Assembly (NCBI GenBank): GCA_020854115.1
Contig: JADZGC010000004.1
Location: 65,665 to 129,664, forward strand
Source of the DNA: a bacterium
Lineage (GTDB): Bacteria; Patescibacteriota; Saccharimonadia; CAILAD01; GCA-016700035
Direction: 5' to 3'
DNA length: 64,000 nt
Made by a program: the position numbers and the translations under genes. Every line of letters starts with the position of its first letter. Position 1 is the stretch's first letter. The notes below the pieces were generated by a model. The model ran no database searches. It worked only from the letters and a program-made list of their open reading frames with translations, and was not told the origin of the DNA. Shown here in pieces: positions 27,379 to 38,717 of the stretch.

Positions 27379-28695
27379 ATGTCAGTACAAACTATAGATA
27401 TGCGTCGCAGCCCAATCGGTGCCGCAATTATATGGGGTTCAGTAGGGATGGTGTTGTTACTCTGGGCTTTGGTAGTACCTTTGCAGGGTCGCGTGGCGAA
27501 TAGCGCTGTTATCTGGAAGAGCCTCGCAAATATCGGAGCATTTGCCGGCACAATCTTATACAGCTGGTCGGTAATCCTTTCGGCTCGGTGGCGTTGGGTA
27601 GAGAAGTTATTTGGGGGGCTTGATAAGGTCTATCATTGGCATCACATTACGGGTGGCCTGTCGTTCTTGCTTTTGGCCCTTCATCCTTTTTTCTTGACCA
27701 TCCGACTAGCGGGTATTCGTCCGGATAAGCTTAGCTCGCTCTGGGTGCTCGGATCGAATTGGCAGCTCAATTTTGGCATAATCGCACTTTATGCAATGCT
27801 ATTGATTCTGCCGGCCACTGTGTTCTTGCGTCTGCGCTATCAGGTCTTTCTCTGGATTCATCGTATTCTGGGCCTGGTCTTCTTTTCAGGCTTCATCCAT
27901 GCTTTCTTGGCAAGCCAAGGCAACTTGGCGAAGTCGCAGCTGCTGTGGTGGTACGTGATGGTCTTTTGTCTGCTGGCGGTCTACGCCTTTTTCTATCATT
28001 CGATACTAGGGCGATTCGTGCCAGGACGGTTTCGTTACGCAGTCGCACAAGTGCGCAAGCATGGTGACTCGACAGTCGATATTATCCTTGAGCCAAAAGG
28101 GCGCTTGATGAACTTCATGGCTGGCCAATTTGCGTTTGTGAGTTTTGTCGGACATCCGATCAGCGATGAGGCGCACCCGTACTCCATGGCATCGTCGTCC
28201 CAACAGAGGCAGCTACGGTTTATCGTCAAGGTGCTCGGTGACTTCACGGCTTCCTTGTTGGCACTGAAGCCAGGGACGACGGCATACATAGAGGGCCCGC
28301 ATGGCGGCTTCACTTTTCGGCATGTGCGTGGCTCGAAGCAAGTATGGATTGCCGGCGGGATCGGCGTCACGCCATTTCTCGCTATGGCGCAAGCACTGCC
28401 GTCGAAAAGGTATTCGGTTGATTTTTATTACTGCACACCCTCCAGTGCGGAGGCGTATTTCATGCCTGAGTTTCAAGCTATAGCCAAGCGCAATCCAAAC
28501 TTCCGTCTACATCTATTCTGTCAGGATAAGGAGGGATTTTTGACCGCCGATATTCTGTCGAAGCAACATGACTGTCAGCGGACTGACTTCTTGATTTGTG
28601 GTCCGCCGCCGATGATGCGAGCGATACATGATGGCTTGCGCAAGCAGGGCGTGGGCGAGAAGCATATTCTCTATGAGGACTTTGGTTTCCGCTAA
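27379..28695 (+). CDS. Ferric-reductase/NADPH-oxidase-like flavocytochrome (ferric reductase TM domain + FAD-binding + NAD-binding)
   Basis: Bis-His TM motifs (HWHHITGG...LALHPF; HRILGLVFFSGFIHAFL); FAD motif HPYS; NAD-binding GGIGVTPF; C-terminal CGPPPMM. Confidence 0.8.
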   Translation: MSVQTIDMRRSPIGAAIIWGSVGMVLLLWALVVPLQGRVANSAVIWKSLANIGAFAGTILYSWSVILSARWRWVEKLFGGLDKVYHWHHITGGLSFLLLALHPFFLTIRLAGIRPDKLSSLWVLGSNWQLNFGIIALYAMLLILPATVFLRLRYQVFLWIHRILGLVFFSGFIHAFLASQGNLAKSQLLWWYVMVFCLLAVYAFFYHSILGRFVPGRFRYAVAQVRKHGDSTVDIILEPKGRLMNFMAGQFAFVSFVGHPISDEAHPYSMASSSQQRQLRFIVKVLGDFTASLLALKPGTTAYIEGPHGGFTFRHVRGSKQVWIAGGIGVTPFLAMAQALPSKRYSVDFYYCTPSSAEAYFMPEFQAIAKRNPNFRLHLFCQDKEGFLTADILSKQHDCQRTDFLICGPPPMMRAIHDGLRKQGVGEKHILYEDFGFR

Positions 28696-28733
28696 TCCTT
28701 GGGGTCGAGCGGGCAATCTGTCATAATGATGGT

Positions 28734-29432
28734 ATGGGCCAAATCAGTGATTTCCTATATGCGTATCAAGCCCAGTCTGATGCTGAGCGGGCGATTATTA
28801 TCTTGCCCGAGATCTTTGGCGTCAAAGACTTCACGCGTGAGCTGGCAGGCAAGGTACAGATAGAGCTCGGCTGGAATGGGTATGTGCTTGACCATTTCTA
28901 TGCTGTAACCGGTGAGGTGCAGACTTTTGCGTATGACGACATGTCGGGGATGGAGATCATGGAGCGTATGACTGGAGAACTATTTTTGCCATTATTGGCG
29001 CAGGCAGTTGGCATGATACAAGAAGCGCAGCCCAAACTAAAGCATCTTGCGGTCTGGGGATTTTGCTTTGGGGGCAAGCTCGCGTATCTCTCGGGAGTTA
29101 ACCCCCATGTGACCGATATTGTTTCCTGCTATGGTGGCGCCAGTGTGCAACCGGGATTTTATGCAGGCGATTCGGTGGTCCAGGCATTAGCTCGAGCACG
29201 CTATGCGGATAAGAGTCTCAAGATCTTGGGTGTATATGGTGAGCATGATCCAATGATTCCTGCAGCTGATCGAGAAAAAATATCTACATTACTTACTGAA
29301 TCTAAGATCTCACACCAGATCAAGGTGTATGACGCTGGCCACGCATTCTTCAATGAGGATCGAGCAGATCGATATGTCGAAGCTGCGGCTAAAGCTGCGT
29401 GGAATGATGTGTCAAACTGGCTTAAGCGGTAG
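28734..29432 (+). CDS. Dienelactone hydrolase family protein
   Basis: ILPEIFGV, nucleophile elbow GFCFGG, GHAF motifs. Confidence 0.8.
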   Translation: MGQISDFLYAYQAQSDAERAIIILPEIFGVKDFTRELAGKVQIELGWNGYVLDHFYAVTGEVQTFAYDDMSGMEIMERMTGELFLPLLAQAVGMIQEAQPKLKHLAVWGFCFGGKLAYLSGVNPHVTDIVSCYGGASVQPGFYAGDSVVQALARARYADKSLKILGVYGEHDPMIPAADREKISTLLTESKISHQIKVYDAGHAFFNEDRADRYVEAAAKAAWNDVSNWLKR

Positions 29433-29445
29433 TACCGGCAGTTAA

Positions 29446-30141
29446 TTAAGCGCCGAATCGACGCTGTCTATTGGCGTAATCTTCTAGCGCAGCTGAGAGG
29501 TCAGTTTCATCGAAGTCCGGCCACTTCTTGTCTATAAAGTAGAGCTCGGCATAAGCTGCTCGCCAAAGCATGAAGCCACTAAGGCGTTTTTCACCAGAAC
29601 TGCGGATAATCAAATCGACTGGTGGGACATCGGGCACGTATATATTCTGGCTGATTGTTTCCTCAGTAATCTCCTCTGGATTCATGCCAGAACGTACAAT
29701 CCGCTTCGTGGCATCAACGATCTCCTCATGGCCGCCATAGTTTAGACACAGTACGAGTGTTCCGTTTGTATTATTCTTCGTATGGTCCTCGGCTTTTCGG
29801 ATAAGCTTGAGAATTTTTTCTGACAGTCGATCGTCATTGCCGGCAATACGTATGCGCACACCCCGAGTGTGGATGTCATCGAGCTCATGCTTCGCAACCC
29901 ATTCGAGTAGTTTCATGATAAATGCAACTTCTTCGGTGCTGCGCTGCCAGTTCTCGCGCGACCACACATAAGCGGTGACGTATTTGACGCCGCTCTCGAG
30001 GGTCTTGAGGCCTATTTCTTTGAAGTTTTTATACCCCTGACGGTGGCCTTCTAGGATAGGGAGGCCCTGTTCTTTTGCCCAGCGGCGGTGACCGTCAAGA
30101 ATAAAGCCGACGTGGGTCGGGATGTGTGATTCGTGTTGCAT
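29446..30141 (-). CDS. uppS: Isoprenyl transferase (undecaprenyl-diphosphate synthase); true start at MQHESHIP (ATG 30139-30141)
   Basis: HVGFILDGHRRWA, GYKNFKEIG, LCLNYGGHEEI, RSSGEKRLSGFMLWR; the 74-aa upstream extension in the ORF track has no homology. Confidence 0.85.
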   Translation of the reverse strand: MQHESHIPTHVGFILDGHRRWAKEQGLPILEGHRQGYKNFKEIGLKTLESGVKYVTAYVWSRENWQRSTEEVAFIMKLLEWVAKHELDDIHTRGVRIRIAGNDDRLSEKILKLIRKAEDHTKNNTNGTLVLCLNYGGHEEIVDATKRIVRSGMNPEEITEETISQNIYVPDVPPVDLIIRSSGEKRLSGFMLWRAAYAELYFIDKKWPDFDETDLSAALEDYANRQRRFGA

Positions 30142-30557
30142 ACGTGTATTTGTGAAACCATTATATCCTACTCGAGCTGCGACAGAAGTCAAACACCATC
30201 TGATTTTTATCGAGAAATAGTATTGACCCCGGATGTGCAGTCGTGCTACCATCGTTGACAGGTATACATAAGGAGTAGTCCACGCGTGAGTAACCGATCC
30301 ACATTTGGAGGCACCCGCCACTAAGCTGATTTTAGCTCGGGGATTCACGCGTGGCCGCCTCAAAAAAGCGCCACGTTTTTATTTTGCTCATTGACATAAG
30401 CATCTTTGATAGTAATCACTGATTCTAGCCGACGACTATCAAATATAAGGTGCGATCATAGAGAATAAGGGTAATACAAATGTGATTTAATGTTAGAGAT
30501 AGTAATAGTAAACCAGCTTGCGATTGTGGACTGGTTATTTCTAACGAACCGACAACG

Positions 30558-30584
30558 CACTTGAAAGAGTGTGTTAGTCATCTC
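30558..30584 (+). other. 23S leader half of putative processing stem (pairs with 33833-33860)
   Basis: cacttgaaagagtgtgttagtcatctc partially complementary (~20 of 27) to gagacggctaacacgctcttgaagagtg downstream of 23S. Confidence 0.5.
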
Positions 30585-30596
30585 AAACGAGAAAAA

Positions 30597-33780
<3,184 letters not shown>

Positions 33781-33947
33781 TTCTTTGCGTGACATTGTGT
33801 GATGAATTCGTTCTTCATACAAGTCACAGCATGAGACGGCTAACACGCTCTTGAAGAGTGTTGTCGAAATAAGTCACGTTTGTATCTTATTCTCTATGTG
33901 TGCCAATGAGCATCGATCTGGTAGCTTTGATTTACATTGAGGAGACA

Positions 33948-34058
33948 TCGGACCGGTGCTTATAGCGAAGAGGTTCCACCGGTTCCCATCCCGAACACCG
34001 AAGTTAAGCTCTTCTGCGGCGATGATACTGCTCTGCGGGAAAGTAGCGCGGTGCCGGA
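33948..34058 (+). rRNA. rrf: 5S ribosomal RNA
   Basis: tcggaccggtgcttatagcgaagaggttccaccggttcccatcccgaacaccgaagttaag...gggaaagtagcgcggtgccgg. Confidence 0.9.
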
Positions 34059-34068
34059 TTTATCATGA

Positions 34069-34097
34069 AGACCAGGTCTTAGCCTGGTCTTTTTGTT
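34069..34097 (+). terminator. Intrinsic terminator after 5S (AGACCAGG-tcttag-CCTGGTCT + T5)
   Basis: 8-bp stem, 6-nt loop, TTTTTGTTTTT. Confidence 0.7.
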
Positions 34098-34223
34098 TTT
34101 ATTGATGAATTATGTAATGTAAGCACAAGCGACATGAGCCTATCTCTAATTGGCACAAGACCATTTAATACCTAGCCCCGCCGCCCCTTCCGTAGAATTT
34201 TAAGTAATTCTGTATGCATGTCA

Positions 34224-34853
34224 TTATGCCTCATTGTTATATCTAAATTCGCATTCCTTAAGATGTAGGTTGAAATGGTCGTGCCTAAGACCTCGTAATT
34301 TGGATAGACGTACTTTTGCTACTCCCCAGAGGTTTTCAATGCCATTGATGTGATTCCTGGGATTAGCGTGGCTTACAAACTCATTCTCTCCATGGTTTAC
34401 CCTGAAATGTTGCTTGTAGCCCCAATCTACTAAGCCATCGTAGGCCTTCCAGCCGTTACTGTAGACCGTAGAATCACCAGTTATCCTTTCTTGTATGATC
34501 TGTTTTAGCACATCTCTGGAAGCGTTCTTTGCGACTTGGGTGTACACGCTATCCCCACGTTTTATGAGCCCAAAGACAACAATCTTCTTACCGGCTCCGC
34601 GTCCGCGTACACCACGGACTCTGCGTGGACCAAAATAGCTTTCGTCTATCATCTTTTACCACTCAGAGGGCTTGTGGCATCACAGTAACGTACAATGCAG
34701 CTATGTATGTAGGTTATGCTTCGTTAATTGCTTACAGTTTAACATTATAATGTTTGCTATCTGAATAGCTGTTAAATCCTCGTAAAAGTAACGCGCAATC
34801 TCACGATACTTCTTATCTGAAATTCGGGGACGTTTCTGGTACCGGTCGCTCAT
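34224..34853 (-). pseudogene. IS1595-family (ISXO2-like) transposase pseudogene with internal deletion: N-terminal 50-aa fragment (34701-34853) + DDE-domain fragment (34224-34652)
   Basis: N-frag MSDRYQKRPRISDKKYREIARYFYEDLTAIQIANI... then stop; C-frag MIDESYFGPRRVRGVRGRGAGKKIVVFG...; about 100 aa missing between them. Confidence 0.75.
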
Positions 34854-34994
34854 CTGTTATCTAGCATAACATTTTGGAGTTAACTGGTCTTGTACCAAAA
34901 CATATAGCACCAAGCCTTGGTGCTGGCCATGGTTGCTCAACTTCATCTGCGGCCTTAATTAGTTAAGGAATGTAGCATTCGAACATAAGACTAT

Positions 34995-35022
34995 TGACTT
35001 TGAGTCAAATATGCCGTAAAAT
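34995..35022 (+). promoter_or_regulatory. Promoter TTGACT-N16-TAAAAT with overlapping 6-3-6 palindrome TTGACTttgAGTCAA (candidate operator)
   Basis: ttgact 34995-35000; agtcaa 35004-35009; taaaat 35017-35022; SD aggag before ATG 35151. Confidence 0.5.
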
Positions 35023-35150
35023 CCTGAAGCATAACTAATTACTCGAGTAAAATCGAAGAATTAGTGAGGAGTTTTACGCGTGCTGACCGTGGAGGGTCGG
35101 CCAAAAAGCAGGCGCACTCCAGTGATTATCAATAATCAGGAGATAAGCGA

Positions 35151-35357
35151 ATGCCAGGAACAAAGAATGGTGGCATCAAAGCCGCTGAAACCAATAAGAA
35201 ACGTTATGGTAAGTCTTTTTACCAGCGCATCGGCGCTATGGGTGGAAAGAAAAGCACTGGCGGTGGTTTTGCCGCTAACCCAGAGTTGGCACGAGAAGCC
35301 GGTCGCAAGGGTGGCTTGAAGAGCCGCAAGAATAAGACCGCTAAGCAAGCAGCTTAA
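35151..35357 (+). CDS. KGG-repeat general stress protein (YciG/YmdF-like)
   Basis: 68 aa; repeated GGKKS/GRKGG/KGGL motifs, glycine/lysine-rich. Confidence 0.75.
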   Translation: MPGTKNGGIKAAETNKKRYGKSFYQRIGAMGGKKSTGGGFAANPELAREAGRKGGLKSRKNKTAKQAA

Positions 35358-35374
35358 AACTATCGCAAGCATAC

Positions 35375-35405
35375 AAAAAGACGCCCCTCCGAGGGCGTCT
35401 TTTTG
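35375..35405. terminator. Bidirectional intrinsic terminator between convergent genes
   Basis: aaaaa-GACGCCC-ctccga-GGGCGTC-ttttt. Confidence 0.7.
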
Positions 35406-35420
35406 TATGAGGCATATTTG

Positions 35421-35888
35421 TTAAAGTCTTATGCGACGAACGCGCGCCTGTACGTCGGTTTTGACCTGCCATCGTGTATCGCAGAGAAAACATCGATACG
35501 TAATTGCATCGTCTTGGGTTGAGAAATTATTACAGGCGGGGCAGGTAGCGCGTTGGGTTAGCCAGGAAGCATAGGTTTGGAGACATGAGCGTAGGTATTC
35601 GTCGGGGATAGTAACACTATATTGTTTACAGAGCTGCGAGGTAAGGCCCCAGGCCTGAGTTTCTAGGGCAAATAGCTCGAGGTCAGTATTGTAGTGGAAA
35701 TGCCCGAGCTGAGCATGTGCTATCTCATGGAGTAGGGCAATTTGCCCTTCGTTTTCACCTACGGTATCAGAATCGTAGTAAATGATCTCGTCGGCGGCGT
35801 CGTACAAGAAGTCATCACTTGCTTCAAATTGGAGGTCATTATAGCGCTCCTGTACACGTGTTAATAACGATTGTTTCACCCTCATCAC
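35421..35888 (-). CDS. ImmA/IrrE-family zinc metallopeptidase with C-terminal CxxC...CxxC zinc ribbon
   Basis: HEIAHAQLGH (HExxH); CPACNNF...CFLCDTRW. Confidence 0.75.
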   Translation of the reverse strand: MMRVKQSLLTRVQERYNDLQFEASDDFLYDAADEIIYYDSDTVGENEGQIALLHEIAHAQLGHFHYNTDLELFALETQAWGLTSQLCKQYSVTIPDEYLRSCLQTYASWLTQRATCPACNNFSTQDDAITYRCFLCDTRWQVKTDVQARVRRIRL

Positions 35889-35908
35889 TCTCTATCATAC
35901 AGCGACTT

Positions 35909-36730
35909 TTAGTCTTCGGCGAGCGTAGCGTCAGCTGCAACTAATAGTGCTCCCAGCAGCGGGGCGTGCTCAGTATATTTTGCCTGGAGAATAGGTGGGA
36001 GTTGATAGAACGGTTGGTAGCTACGCATAATCTTTCGTACATCTTTTATGAAGCGCTTGTAGTGTACGCCCACGCCTCCACCAATGATGACGGCTTCAGG
36101 GTCGCTTGAAACAATCAAGTCATAGAGTCCGAGCGCGATATCTTGGCTGATCTCACGCCATATGCGGCGCGAACGGATTTGGCCGGCAATTCGGCCGTAG
36201 CGCTGCCGAATTGCGGTTCCGCTAGCAATTTGCTCGAAACGCTGCGTGGGGGTTTTGAGTAGGATGCGCCCGCCTTCGGGATTGTGAGGACTTGGCAACG
36301 CCTTGCCATCCAGGATGAGGGCCGACCCGATACCAGTAGATATTGTGACGTAGAGGATGAAGCGATACTTTTTTGCACTTCCCATGCGCGCCTCACAGAT
36401 ACCAGCAGCCGTTGCATCATGTACCAGAGTAGCTGGTACGCGGTATCGGGCATGTAGCCAGGGAATAATAGCCGCATTGTGCCACGGTATGTGTGTAGGC
36501 TTTGTCATAACCCCGCGCTTTGTATCGAGTGGACCAGGCGCTGTGACCCCAATAGCTGTAAACGGTGCACGGATTTGCCAGCGATCGATAATTTCTTCCA
36601 TATGGTGGCGTGCTACGACAAAACTAGCCGGCGTCGGAATATCAATAGTCTCTCCAACGTGTTGAGGGTGGTTGGTCTTAGTAAGGCGTATCTTCGTGCC
36701 ACCAATATCGACGCCAACATAGGTTGTCAT
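35909..36730 (-). CDS. ROK-family sugar kinase (glucokinase-like)
   Basis: VGVDIGGTKIR N-terminal ATP motif; GIGSALILDG; 273 aa. Confidence 0.8.
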   Translation of the reverse strand: MTTYVGVDIGGTKIRLTKTNHPQHVGETIDIPTPASFVVARHHMEEIIDRWQIRAPFTAIGVTAPGPLDTKRGVMTKPTHIPWHNAAIIPWLHARYRVPATLVHDATAAGICEARMGSAKKYRFILYVTISTGIGSALILDGKALPSPHNPEGGRILLKTPTQRFEQIASGTAIRQRYGRIAGQIRSRRIWREISQDIALGLYDLIVSSDPEAVIIGGGVGVHYKRFIKDVRKIMRSYQPFYQLPPILQAKYTEHAPLLGALLVAADATLAED

Positions 36731-36840
36731 CTCTTTCTATCATACGGCTCGGGGCGCGAAAACAAAACCCTTACGCTTGCTATCTAGCCACCAGGTGCTA
36801 CAATCTGGGGTAAGTGTATTAATAAGGAAATATCAGCCAT

Positions 36841-37203
36841 ATGTTGAAAAATTCAACAGTTCGCATAATTCTCGCTGCCGCAGTAGTCGTCTTAATTGTT
36901 GCTGCAACTTTTGCATATGGGAATAGCCAACGTCAGACCCAGCTTAAGAAAAACGAACAGCTCGCTCAACAGAGCAGCTCGACCTCAGAGAGCGCGTCAA
37001 CTTCACCAGCTGCTAGCGCGTCTGCAACCCCAACTCCATCTAGCACCCCATCGCCAACAGTGATTACCCCTCCAAACGGCATTACTCCTGAAACTGGTGC
37101 GGGTTGGTTGGTTTCGGTACCTGTTGCACTCTTGGCAGTGCTTTATTATGTCAGTAAACAGTCTAAGGATGATACCGAGTCAGCATTGCGCAAGCAGCGC
37201 TAG
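36841..37203 (+). CDS. Small S/T/P-rich exported protein with C-terminal TPETG sorting-signal-like motif
   Basis: N-terminal TM/signal IILAAAVVVLIVAA; ...GITPETGAGWLVSVPVALLAVLYYVSKQSKDD (motif + hydrophobic + charged tail). Confidence 0.5.
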   Translation: MLKNSTVRIILAAAVVVLIVAATFAYGNSQRQTQLKKNEQLAQQSSSTSESASTSPAASASATPTPSSTPSPTVITPPNGITPETGAGWLVSVPVALLAVLYYVSKQSKDDTESALRKQR

Positions 37204-37228
37204 GCACACTCAGTTATAGTAGCTTGAG

Positions 37229-37262
37229 AAGACTCGGCATAAAGCCGAGTCTTTACTTTTTA
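37229..37262 (+). terminator. Intrinsic terminator (AGACTCGGC-ataaa-GCCGAGTCT + T-rich)
   Basis: 9-bp stem followed by ttacttttt. Confidence 0.6.
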
Positions 37263-37379
37263 CAGATAGAGAGCTATAATTGTACCCAACGTAGCAGTAC
37301 TGGTCTATGAAGTACTTTTCTTTTCGTACTTCTCTTCGGTTCTGTTGCAATCTTTTTTGAAAGGAAGAAATTACATATT

Positions 37380-38474
37380 ATGGCAGAAAAACTTATGACT
37401 ATGGATGACCTCCTCGCGCAGACAGAGATGAAAGTGCTCGCTGCAGGTGATATTGTCGAGGGGAGTGTTATCTCGGCAGACAAGCATGAGATATGGCTTG
37501 ATCTGGGTGCATACGGCATTGGAGTCATTCTAGGTCGCGAAATCGAGCACACAGCACAAGGGCTCAATGAAGGGGCTGAGCTGTCCGCCTCAGTACTGGA
37601 GCCAGAGACCCCAGAGGGGTACGTCATCTTGAGCCTGCGTAAGGTCGCTAAGGAGAAGGGCTGGGAGACTCTAGAGACTCGTCACGAATCTGGTGAAGTA
37701 TTTGGTATTGTGCCCTTTGATGCTAACCGCGGTGGCTTGCTCATCGAAATCGACGGGATACGGGGATTCTTACCCGTAAGCCAGCTCTCAGCTGAAAATT
37801 ATCCTCGCGTTTCAGGCGCAGATAAGGATGAAATCTTACATCGACTCAATCAGCTCGTTGGGCAAACGTTGATGGTTCGTATCCTTGACCTTGATCGTAA
37901 ACAGAATAAACTGATTGTTTCCGAAAAGGCTGCGCGTCGCGAGATGACCGAAGATAAGATCTCCTCGATCGAGGTTGGTGCCGAAATAGAAGGCATTGTA
38001 ACTGGAGTGGTCGATTTCGGGATCTTTGTTAATGTCGATGGCGTTGAGGGTATGGTCCATATTTCCGAGATAGCTTGGGATCGAGTCGAAAGTCCAAGTA
38101 AGTATGTCAAGGTTGGTGATACGGTCAAGGCGAAAGTGATTGCAATAGATTCAGATAAGCTTTCATTGTCGATGAAGCAGCTCACCCCTGACCCATGGAT
38201 GAAAGAGAGCGAACAGTTCAGGGTAGGTGATAGCGTCGAAGGCACTATCAATCGCATCACTCCATTTGGTGCTTTTGTACAAGTTACCCCAGTGATTGAA
38301 GCTCTGGTACATATCTCGGAGCTATCCGAAGAACATGTCTCTGATCCGAATGATCTGGTGAGGGTAGGAGATAAGAAGACCTTCCGCATCATTGCGATTG
38401 ATCCGGTACAGCATAAACTCTCATTGTCGCTTAAGCCTGCCAAGGCGGGTAAGACAGAAGCGAAAGAAAAGTAG
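37380..38474 (+). CDS. rpsA: 30S ribosomal protein S1 (short four-S1-domain form)
   Basis: Repeated S1 domains (GDIVEGSV.., GEVFGIV.., GAEIEGIVTGVVDFGIFV.., GDSVEGTINRITPFGAFV..). Confidence 0.9.
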   Translation: MAEKLMTMDDLLAQTEMKVLAAGDIVEGSVISADKHEIWLDLGAYGIGVILGREIEHTAQGLNEGAELSASVLEPETPEGYVILSLRKVAKEKGWETLETRHESGEVFGIVPFDANRGGLLIEIDGIRGFLPVSQLSAENYPRVSGADKDEILHRLNQLVGQTLMVRILDLDRKQNKLIVSEKAARREMTEDKISSIEVGAEIEGIVTGVVDFGIFVNVDGVEGMVHISEIAWDRVESPSKYVKVGDTVKAKVIAIDSDKLSLSMKQLTPDPWMKESEQFRVGDSVEGTINRITPFGAFVQVTPVIEALVHISELSEEHVSDPNDLVRVGDKKTFRIIAIDPVQHKLSLSLKPAKAGKTEAKEK

Positions 38475-38477
38475 CAT

Positions 38478-38717
38478 ATGGCGGCAGCGCGCACAGGACA
38501 TATCCCAGAGCGCACCTGTCGCGCTTGTCGCAAGAAATTCCCAAAGCTTGCGTTGCATCGCTGGGTCGTAATTGATGGAGTGGCGGTGCCAGATCCTCAA
38601 AAAAATAAAGGCGGTCGTGGGTGGTATGCCTGTGATGAACCGAGCTGCCAGGCCAAAATATCACAGATTGCTGTCGGACAAGCTAGATCATTACAGCGCC
38701 GTAAGCAAGGAAACTAG
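38478..38717 (+). CDS. ylxR: YlxR/RnpM (DUF448) family protein
   Basis: ERTCRACRKKFPK...GRGWYAC; position just upstream of infB is typical. Confidence 0.8.
   Translation: MAAARTGHIPERTCRACRKKFPKLALHRWVVIDGVAVPDPQKNKGGRGWYACDEPSCQAKISQIAVGQARSLQRRKQGN

Noticed and set aside
30142-30363. 74-aa N-terminal extension of uppS (ORF track start 30363)
   Set aside because: It has no homology and overlaps the 23S promoter/leader region. The conserved UppS sequence begins at MQHESHIP (30141).
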